Assembly: GCF_006345805.1 (NCBI RefSeq)
Contig: NC_043000.1
Coordinates: 155,000,001 to 155,064,000, forward strand
Direction: 5' to 3'
DNA from: Octopus sinensis
Lineage: Eukaryota
Length of the DNA: 64,000 nucleotides
This document shows, in pieces, positions 53,971 to 64,000 of the stretch. The translations under genes and the position numbers were made by a program. Each line of letters begins with the position of its first letter. The first letter of the stretch is position 1. Under the pieces are notes generated by a model, which was not told where the DNA came from, did no database searches, and saw only the letters and a program-made list of their open reading frames with translations.

Positions 53971-54222
53971 CTTGTTTTATTTATATTTCCTGAGCGCCAT
54001 ACCAATACAATTGTTTGTTTGTATTCCACCTGCCTTCGTCTTTTGTTTATTTTCATAAAGCTTCCCGTTATATATATATATGGAATGCATCCTCTTCAAC
54101 GCTCCAACGATTCTACCAGCTCGTCGTCGTCGTCGTAGTAGTAGTAAGGATAATAATAATCCTTTCTACTATAGGCACAAGACCTGAAAGTTTGGGGGAA
54201 TGGGGTAGTCGATTACATCGAT

Positions 54223-54796
54223 CCATTCACAGACACGACAGAGTCGGGACCTACATACTCCGGAAGCTATGCCAACACAATGGAATAACAACAGAAAAAA
54301 TATAGCATACACACACGTCAGAAAAGGTTACAGAAAATGAGAAAGCAACAATACCATGGGATATAGAGAAATTAAGGCCAATAGGCCAAATATAGTTGTC
54401 AGAGATCATGAAGAATAAATGCTTTCTAATTGATGTATCAACACAAACAGATGAGAACGTTTTTCTAAAAGAAATCGAGAAACTTTCAAAATACAAATAT
54501 CTGGAAATAGAGGTAACGCGAATGTGGAGTCTAAAAACAAAAACAATTCCTATCATAGTAAGTGCATTAGGCATGATAAAAAAATATTCAGACAAATACA
54601 TAACAAAATCACCAGGGCTAAAAAATATATATAACATACAGAAAATAGAACTACTAGGCATTGCACACATTCTACATAAAACACTTTCAATACAGTAATC
54701 ATAAGAGCATCACTGAAAACCGCAGCACATAACCCAGGCACACAGAGCTGCGCTCGATAGTGCAGTGGAAGTACGTTATAAAAATAAGACTATTGA
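54223..54796 (+). mobile_element. R4/Dong-like LINE 3' fragment, subfamily B
   Basis: HRHDRVG..LC, CFLIDVS..DEN..KEIEKLSKYK.LEIEVTRMW..IPIIVSALG*. Followed by (AAT)n. Confidence 0.85.
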
Positions 54797-54813
54797 ATAA
54801 TAATAATAATATA

Positions 54814-54862
<49 letters not shown>

Positions 54863-54865
<3 letters not shown>

Positions 54866-55305
54866 CACAGATAGAGAAATTAAGGCCAACAGACCAGATA
54901 TAGTTGTCAGAGATCATGAAGGAAAAAAATGCTTTCTAATTGATGTATCAATACCGGCAGATGACAACGTGTCTCTAAAGAAATGGAGAACTCTCAAAAT
55001 ACAAAGACCTGGAAATAGAGGTAACTAGAATGTGGAATCTGAAAACAGAAACAATTCCTATCATAGTAGGTGCATTAGGCATGATAAAAAAATATTCAGA
55101 CAAATACATAACAAAAACACCAGGACTTACAAACACATATAACATACAGAAAATTGCACTACTAGGCACTGCACACATCCTACGCAGAACACTTTCCATA
55201 CAATAACCATCAGAACATCACAACAAATCACAGCACATACCCAAGGCACACAGAGCTGCGCTCGGTAGTGAAGTGAAAGCACGCTATAAAAATAAAACTA
55301 CTGAA
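54863..55305 (+). mobile_element. R4/Dong-like LINE 3' fragment, subfamily B, tandem copy
   Basis: RPDIVVRD..CFLIDVSIPADDN..KYKDLEIEVTRMW. Flanked by (AAT)n on both sides. Confidence 0.88.
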
Positions 55306-55402
55306 TAATGATAATAATAATAATAATTGAAACATTTGGTTATTCGTAAAGAAAAACCGGTAATTAAGAACTTTCCGAGAGTAGTAGTAATAATGATAAT
55401 AA

Positions 55403-55960
55403 TACATGCCTCCTCTTCGATATGACTGTCCCAATCGACATAAATGTATCTATCAAGACCTACCAAAAACTGAGCAAGTATAAAGATCTTGAAATAGAAA
55501 TTCGCAAAATGTGGAACCTCATGACTAAAATAGTACCTGTTGCCATAGGTGTCCTAGGAATGATAGCAAAAGGGCTGATTGCTACTTATCTCAGATACCA
55601 GGAAGTCCAAAAATGGAAGAAATTAAAAAAATAGTGCTCATAGGAACTGTTCATATCCTTCGAAAAATATTGTCTATGGAATCACCAAAGCATTTTAATC
55701 TGTAAGCATTGTGAAAGGTACTTTTAAATGTACATAATAGCAAACATCTTTTAGTGTCACACTATCATCATAAAATTACTTTTAAAACAAACTTATCATT
55801 TTCTCATGTTTTGACAGGCATTCTCTAGAAAAATACTCTGCGCAGAAGCAAAAATATGGCACTCTAGTCATAACACCAACTTGAACTTCTGACTTGTCTC
55901 TTGAGGTCTCTGGGTGAGTCTTGGAGTCAACTTGTACAAATACCAAGCAAAAGCCAAGCA
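55403..55960 (+). mobile_element. R4/Dong-like LINE 3' fragment, subfamily A
   Basis: DMTVPIDINVSIKTYQKLSKYKDLEIEIRKMW. 3' UTR shared with 11764-12598. AAT tail. Confidence 0.85.
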
Positions 55961-56652
55961 TATAATAATAATAGTAATAGTTTTCACCCTATCGGAATAG
56001 GTAATTTAGGAAAAACACGGTCTTATACTTCATTATATATAATATATATATATATTAATATATATACATATACATAAGGCACTGTCATGCCTTTGGGTTC
56101 AAAAAGTGAAAGTAGAGAAATCTGACGTCAGACGTCAACTTCGTGTATTTACGTCGTCTTTCGTTTATTTACGGGCCGTTTATTTACGTACCACTGAAAT
56201 GCAAGTAAAAGCTTGTATGTATGTATGTATATTATATATACATACATACACACATATATAATATACATGTATATATACATATATATATATATTTAATACA
56301 TACATATATATAATATATACATGTATTTTTAATCGGTCTTTTTCTTAACCACTACATTATATACATACATACAGATAGATATATATACGACACACACACA
56401 TATAATAGATATAAAATGTGTACGTGTGTACATTTTTCAGAAAAAAATTCATACATTTTAAATATCAATAGCATTTCTCTTATTTTTTACATGAAGTTTT
56501 CGAAAAATGAATTAGAATGTAAAAATCAAATATATCAATTAATAAACGCAAATTATTTTCAAATATCATTTTCAACGGTGAGATTATCAAAATATAAACT
56601 TGAAGTTAAGTTTAAAATAAATGCGATACTCATTCTGTCTTGATACTTATGC

Positions 56653-57557
56653 TCAAATACATGGATATAGCTGTCGAATTTGTTCTATCAACTTCCCGAA
56701 TATATCATCCTTAAATTCATAGCGCCACATGAATTCGATGAGATGGGTCTGAAGTAAATTTCTGGCTGTTCCACATTCTCTCCTATTTCGAGTCTTTACG
56801 TTTTTCATAAACATTCTATGTGGTTGGTTGTGGCAAATGTTACCGGATCAACAAAATTTATAGAATGATTCACGGTCAAATGTCTGTATCCTAGCTGACT
56901 GAGTGTATTATACGAACGCCAAAGGTCGGATATTATTGTTGTACCAGGCAATATACGCTCGCGTATAATCTGTATATAGTGTCCGCTGTTCGATCTTCAA
57001 CTGCCACTAAAACACATCTTCTACTATCTCTTTCTAATGCACCAAAAACACCATTGTTGCGTTTTAACCCGATGGCCACATGATATTTTCTCTTAACAAA
57101 CGCAGTTTCATCTATTTCACAACGATTCTATTGGGTCCTCCAGTTTAATATTCTGTGGCAACATAATATTCTGCACATACATCGCGGCAAAAATTCCTCC
57201 AATCGTTACCGCTACATTTGCTAAATGACATTCCTGTCCTATTCCTTTTGCTAAATCTTCTTTGGCCCAGTAAAAAAATATCTATGATCTGTGACACTTC
57301 AATTTGCTATTTTCTAAAAATGTTCCTTTTCTAATTGACACGGATTTTCTACAAGGTCTTCCACACGACCATATTATTTCATCAGATATATTTTTTTTCG
57401 TTACTTCTCTCATGGGAGCTCCACACGATGTACATATTTTCTGGGTATTCAAAAGGCCATGTCTCTTAAGCCAATTAATGCTATCTGCTGTTGTAGCAGT
57501 GGAGACGGCAATATCGCGGTGACTAATTCCTCTTAAACTTGGATATGCAAAAGCCAT
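56653..57557 (-). pseudogene. Merlin transposase, left-arm copy (apparent frameshifts)
   Basis: Reverse complement of the right-arm ORF. ATG at 57557, TGA at 56653. Several 1-3-nt indels. Confidence 0.88.
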
Positions 57558-57958
57558 ATTAAAATTGTTTAGCACGTGTTGATATCACACTGAAAGTTTC
57601 TAACTGAATAAATTTCAAAGTTTGAATTACGCACGCACGTGGTGGTCAGTGGTCATTCTGATTGGTGTATGTAATCGCGGTGATGGTCATGGGGGTTCAT
57701 TTGTGCAGATTTTGGTGTGATTTCTTTTAAAAACAATAATGAATAATGCAAGAATAAATATATTCTTGCATTATTCATTATTGTTTTTAAAAAAGAATCA
57801 CACCAAAATCTGCACAAATGAACCCCCATGACCATCACCGCGATTACATACATACAATCAGAATGACCACTGACCACCACGTGCGTAATTCAAACTTTGA
57901 AATTTATTCAGTTAGAAACTTTCAGTGTGATATCAACACGTGCTAAACAATTTTAAAT

Positions 57959-58862
57959 ATGGCTTTTGCATATCCAAGTTTAAGAGGAATTAGTCACCGC
58001 GATATTGCCGTCTCCACTGCTACAACAGCAGATAGCATTAATTGGCTTAAGAGACATGGCCTTTTGAATACCCAGAAAATATGTACATCGTGTGGAGCTC
58101 CCATGAGAGAAGTAACGAAAAAAATATATCTGATGAAATAATATGGTCGTGTGGAAGACCTTGTAGAAAATCCGTGTCAATTAGAAAAGGAACATTTTTA
58201 GAAAATAGCAAATTGAAGTGTCAACAGATCATAGATATTTTGTTTTACTGGGCCAAAGAAGATTTAGCAAAAGAATAGGACAGGAATGTCATTTAGCAAA
58301 TGTAGCGGTAACCGATTGGAGGAATTTTTGCCGCGATGTATGTGCAGAATATTATGTTGCACAGAATATTAAACTGGGAGGACCCAATAGAATCGTTGAA
58401 ATAGATGAAACTGCGTTTGTTAAGAGAAAATATCATGTTGGCCATCGGGTTAAAACGCAATGGGTGTTTGGTGCATTAGAAAGAGATAGTAGAAGATGTA
58501 TTTTAGTGGCAGTTGAAGATCGAACAGCGGACACTCTATTACAGATTATACGCGAGCGTATATTGCCTGGTACAACAATAATATCCGACCTTTGGCGTTC
58601 GTATAATACACTCAGTCAGCTAGGATACAGACATTTGACCGTGAATCATTCTATAAATTTTGTTGATCCGGTAACATTTGCCACAACCAACCACATAGAA
58701 TGTTTATGGAAACACGTAAAGACTCGAAATAGGAGAGAATGTGGAACAGCCAGAAATTTACTTCAGACCCATCTCATCGAATTCATGTGGCGCTATGAAT
58801 TTAAGGATGATATATTCGGGAAGTTGATAGAACAAATTCGACAGCTATATCCATGTATTTGA
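57959..58862 (+). CDS. Merlin/ISXO2-family DDE transposase, right-arm copy (two single-base gaps; 301-aa consensus)
   Basis: N-terminal zinc ribbon CTSC..WSCGRPC. Catalytic motifs VEIDET, IISDLWRSY, TNHIECLW and terminal EFMWR. The left arm supplies the two missing bases. Confidence 0.88.
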
Positions 58863-61159
58863 GCATAAGTATCAAGACAGAATGAGTATCGCATTTATTT
58901 TTAAACTTAACTTCAAGTTTATATTTTGATAATCTCACCGTTGAAAATGATATTTGAAAATAATTTGCGTTTATTAATTTGATATATTTGATTTTTACAT
59001 TCTAAATTCATTTTTCGAAAACTTCATGTAAAAAATAAGAGAAATGCTATTGATATTTAAAATGTATGAATTTTTTTCTGAAAAATGTACACACGTACAC
59101 ATTTTATATCTATTATATGTGTGTGTGTGTATCTATCTATCTATCTGTATGTATGTATATAATGTATAGTGGTTAAGAAAAAGACCGATTAAAAATACAT
59201 GTATATATTATATATATGTATGTATTAAATATATATATATATGTATATATACATGTATATTATATATATGTGTGTATGTATGTATATATATATAATACTA
59301 CATACATACAAGCTTTTACTTGCATTTCAGTGGTACGTAAATAAACGGCGTAAATAAACGAAAGACGACGTAAATACACGAAGTTGACGTCTGACGTCAG
59401 ATTTCTCTACTTTCACTTTTGACACCCAAAGGCATGACAGTGCCATACATAATTTTATAAAGTATGTATTGCACACGTATCATCTGCTACATATTTTGTG
59501 GTTCTAAACTTTACCCATTAGCTAAAATACATTTTGATTGCAGACCAGTAGATATTTAACCGGTGATTTTGTGTCAAACATATATACAAACACAAGGCTT
59601 ATCTAGCACCAGCCGACAGCACTGAATAATGGCGTCTTATACGTGGTAACGGCTCGGGGTTTACAGGGAATGTCTTTTTAAGCAGGAAAGCAATAGTGGT
59701 TCAAGTTCGTTGGTTACAATCCTCGATAGACTGAAGACCTGGCAATATAAATTCTGCGGATTATTTTCAATGAGAAATATTTGAGGGAGAAAATTCTCAC
59801 CTGCAAAATGTCTGGTAGCTTTTAATCTGACAGTCAACCTTACAGAAATAGCAGTCAAATATCAGTCAAATCACATACCAGCGCATTAAATAGAGAATGC
59901 ACAAAACAATGAAATGCTCACTTTAGGACACCTTAAATCATAGAGCTGTCTTGTCAGAGATGAACTCGTGTTAATCAACAGCAACAAGTGGATTTATTAC
60001 TTGCCAATCAAGCAACTGCTACGTGCTTCTTGTCTTGCACGAAACAGCATTTAAATGTGTCAGAAAACGTATTTATCCTGGTAAAAATAATTGGAAATGT
60101 CATAGATTTATTAGTTCCAGATGTTTCTAAAGTGCAAGAGGAAAACGGCAAGAAAGACGTTTACATGAAAAGTACTGACCCTGAGTTATATAAAAACAAC
60201 CAGATTTATTTATCTAAATTCAATTGTAATTTATCGTATGCTATCACTAATCAATAATGCCTTTGCATTTTAGCATTATATATTTGAATCATTGTTGGAA
60301 TAATTTTATTATATAGGAGTACCATAGGTGTGTTCGATCGATTAAGCAGCAGAAAATGGGAAAGCTGTATGAGAGGTAACTTTAAAATGTTGATTGATAG
60401 CACAATTGCAAATATACAAGAGTAGCGACTGTTGTTTTGCTTCTCTGAAGAAAAAAGTCTTTTAATATCAATATAAGAAGCGTGTGTAGACAATACGTTA
60501 TTCGAGCAATAGACTACATTATTTGTTTAGTATCTGACAATGTTATGTACAATCTGTTTGATAAATTATGTAAACATTGCTCATGAGGATATCCTCTTCC
60601 GTCGATGAATAGTCGATATAAATCATCAGAATTGTGGAATGAACGTTACTGAGAGGCAGCAGTTAGACTAAGAATTACTAGCATACAGCTATCGAGTCAT
60701 TTGGTGTTACAGTTTCCATTAACACAATTTAACTCGCTGATTTATTATAATCATAAATATATTTCTCCCTAGGAAACATGTAGCTGTAACACTGAAAATA
60801 ACCAGATTCATATTTATCATAAGTAGATGTATAATAACGTCATTTTAATTAAGTAACCTATATTAGTAAAAGCAGGGCTCGTGCTTCGTAAAATCGGTTA
60901 TCAACAATATACGGTGGAAATAAGATTAAAAACAATTGAAGATGACAGACAACTGTAGTGTCAATAAGATGCAACACAGTAGCAGCTGCAACAGAGACAG
61001 CAACATAATAGTACTTGTGACAACATTGAAAAATTAATAACTGTGGTAGAATTATTTTAGAAAGAAAACAACATTAGTATAGTACTAGTAACCGCTATGG
61101 CAAGGGCAACACATTAACAGTAACATCAACAGTTGGTGTAATTCTTTCCCTCTTACTGT

Positions 61160-61411
61160 GTATGCCTGTCTGTTTATCTGTCTGTCTGTTTCACGTACGT
61201 ACGTATATATGTATGTATGTATTAATGTATGTATGTATGTATGCATGTATTAATGTATGTATATGTGTGTGTGTGTGTGTGTCTGTATGTGTGTATGTAT
61301 GTATGTATGTATGTGTGTATGTATGTATGTATGTATGTATATATGTATGTATGTATATACGTATGTATGTATGTATGTATGTATGTATGTATGTATATAT
61401 GTATGTATGTC

Positions 61412-61443
<32 letters not shown>

Positions 61444-61467
61444 TGTATGTATATATGTATGTATGTC

Positions 61468-61499
<32 letters not shown>

Positions 61500-61583
61500 T
61501 GTATGTATGTATATATGTATGTATGTATATACGTATGTATGTATGTATGTATGTATGTATGTATGTATATATGTATGTATGTC

Positions 61584-61615
<32 letters not shown>

Positions 61616-61814
61616 TGTATGAATGTATGAATGTATGTGTGTATGTGTGTATGTATGTATGTATGTATGTATGTATGTATGTATGTATTGTGTATGTGTA
61701 TGTGTGTGTATGTGTATATGTTTGTATGTATGTATGTATTAATGTATGTATGTATGTATATATTATGTATGTATGTATTATGTATGTATGTATTAATGTA
61801 TATGTATGTATGTC

Positions 61815-61846
<32 letters not shown>

Positions 61847-62160
61847 TGTATGAATGTATGAATGTATGTGTGGATGTATGGTGTGTATGTATGTATGTAT
61901 GTATGTATGTATTATGTATGTATTGTGTATGTGTATGTGTGTGTATGTGTATATGTTTGTGTATTATGTATGTATTAATGTATGTAGTAGTATATATTAT
62001 GTATGTATTTATTATGTATGTATGTATTAATGTATGTATGTAATGTATGTATGTATGTATGTATGTACGTATGTATGTATGTATGTATGTATGTATCATG
62101 TATGTATGTGTGTGTGTGCGTATGTGTGTGTGTATGTGTGTATGTGTGTAGGGACGTAGG
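61160..62160. repeat. ~1-kb compound (ATGT)n microsatellite
   Basis: Degenerate ATGT/GT/AT array. Confidence 0.95.
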
Positions 62161-62394
62161 TAGATATTCATTCAGCTTTAATGAATATATTGTTTTGCTT
62201 AATTATATTTCACCAGCGTGACACCAACAACCACACACGGACACGCACATATGTGTACGTACGTATGTACAATTATGTACAGACACATATATGTATACAC
62301 ACACACACATATACATATATATATACGCATTATACGTTTATGTATGTATATGTGTGTTTGTATGTGTGTGTGTATGTGTGTGTGTATATATATC

Positions 62395-62428
<34 letters not shown>

Positions 62429-62559
62429 TATATATACAAACACATATCTATACAACACATAATATATATACACACATATATATATACACACATGTGTACA
62501 CACACGCACGCACGCACACACATAGGGGTAGGAAGAGTTGTAAGAGGCACGGTGGTCGT

Positions 62560-62940
62560 GTTTTCGGCAACAACAGCAACAACAAACAACAAAAAGGAAA
62601 ACAATGGTAACAGTAACAGCTGCGGCAACAAGACAGTGGCAGGGGTAGCAGAACTGAAACAAAGTAGTAGTAGTAGTAGTAGTAGTAGCGGTGGTAGTAG
62701 TAGTAGTAGTAATGGTAGTGGTGGTGGCAGAGTGTTGGTAGTGGTGATTGCTGTAGAGGTGGCGGTAGTGATTGTTGTGACGATGAGTGGTGGTGCTGGT
62801 GATGATGGTGATGATGATGGTGGTGGTAGTTGTGGTGGTTGTGGTGAGAGCAGCAGCTGTAGCAGTAGCGGTAAAAATTATCTGCAGCAGCAGCAACATC
62901 AACAGCAGCAGCAGCAGCAACAGTGGCAGCAGTAATGGCC
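62560..62940. repeat. Mosaic of trinucleotide repeats (AAC, TAG, TGG, TGA, CAG)
   Basis: Directly visible low-complexity runs. Confidence 0.85.
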
Positions 62941-63407
62941 GCTAAAGCCATCAATCGATAAATCATAGCGAACGAACCGAGAAACGAAAGAACGAACGAA
63001 CGAACGAACGAACGAACAATGAAAGCGAACAAAAGGAGTTGCTAGAGAGACTAGTACACGAGTGACGAGAGTATACTGGGTACAATTAAATCAGGGTATA
63101 CTGAATCAGTTAAATTGCATAGACTCTGCGCAGCGAATTGTCACCTCGATAGATATTACAGGAGAGGTCTTGGTCATAAGACAGGTTGTTCCATCGAAAG
63201 ACAGACAGACTGACTGACCAAGAAGGCTGTTAGTGAGTCTGTTGGATTGCATGACGTCAATGACACACTGGCACATATCAGTACACTGTTTTCTCGACAG
63301 CTATTTACACTATTTCACACTTATCAAACCGACAACAGTCATTCGAATTGACGACATGCTCAACAGCGATTCACTGATTTACTGAAACCTACCTACACAC
63401 ACACACA

Positions 63408-63473
<66 letters not shown>

Positions 63474-63563
63474 CCTTATATAATTCCTTCACAATATTAA
63501 GAAAAAAAAAACTACGCCCCTACTTAGATACATACATTTATGCATACATGCATACGTGCGCAC

Positions 63564-63612
<49 letters not shown>

Positions 63613-63722
63613 CCTATCTATCTATCTACCTACCTACCTATCTATCTATCTATCTATATATCTATCTATCTACCTATCTATCTATCTATCTATCTATCTA
63701 TCTGTCTGTCTGTCTGTCTGTC

Positions 63723-63799
<77 letters not shown>

Positions 63800-63802
<3 letters not shown>

Positions 63803-64000
63803 AGAAGCCCGTCGTATATATACACACACACACATATATGTTTGCGTGACTGTGTGTCGTTTAACAACCGACGTTAGCGTGCTTACGTTTTCGTAAACAA
63901 GCGGTTCGGCAAAAGGAACCGATAGAATAAGTTCTAGGCTTACAAAGAATAAGTCCTACAGTCAATTTGTTCGACTAAAGGCGGTCCTCCAGCACGTGTA
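63800..64000 (+). mobile_element. SINE family 2 3' half, running to the window edge
   Basis: AGAAGCCCGTCG(TA/CA)n..CGGTTCGGCAAAAGGAACCGATAGAATAAG..GACTAAAGGCGG. Confidence 0.8.

Larger units (their letters stand above)
56078..59444. mobile_element. Fully palindromic Merlin (IS1016/ISXO2-like DDE) transposon with two divergent transposase copies
   Basis: Termini GGCACTGTCATGCC / GGCATGACAGTGCC. 8-bp TSD ATACATAA at 56070-56077 and 59445-59452. Arms are complementary up to a 4-nt loop at 57757-57760. Confidence 0.93.

Noticed and set aside
56078-59444. Pure fold-back read artefact, or a bacterial ISXO2 contaminant
   Set aside because: A fold-back chimera would not give a direct 8-bp TSD with different unique flanks on each side. 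The element contains host-type TA/CA microsatellites and sits in eukaryotic repeat DNA. Read-level confirmation is still needed.
61162-62171. Long ORFs of 120-293 aa (MYVC/HTYI repeats)
   Set aside because: They are translations of the (ATGT)n microsatellite. The same applies to most ORFs in the track, e.g. 3065-3414, 24395-24962, 53576-53967 and 63540-63877.
62291-63032. Poly-Q/S/G/T/H ORFs on both strands
   Set aside because: Open frames arise from trinucleotide repeats fused to TA/CA runs. No splice or homology support is visible.

Overview
AT-rich, microsatellite-dense eukaryotic DNA made almost entirely of transposable-element debris. The SINE/LINE repertoire resembles an Octopus-type (coleoid cephalopod) genome; this is my recognition, not a database result. 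No host gene can be confidently identified, only a few candidate small exons. Main result: a 3,367-bp Merlin (IS1016/ISXO2-like DDE) transposon at 56078-59444 that is one near-perfect palindrome. It has a 4-nt loop at 57757-57760, two divergent copies of its transposase and a perfect 8-bp target-site duplication (ATACATAA), so the double-armed hairpin appears to have transposed as a unit. The window also holds three type I hammerhead-ribozyme folds: a canonical one at 2211-2315, one inside a 446-bp retrozyme-like unit with exact 88-bp terminal repeats (19716-20161), and a core variant at 53933-53970. Other elements: a Penelope-like RT/GIY-YIG element with a 672-bp inverted terminal copy (42688-45836), R4/Dong-like RLE LINE 3' ends stacked in (AAT)n tracts, Tc1/maT remnants, MITEs, three SINE families, and a 96-bp inverted templated insertion inside a SINE. 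Most ORFs in the supplied track are microsatellite artefacts. Boundaries of SINEs and degraded remnants are approximate.
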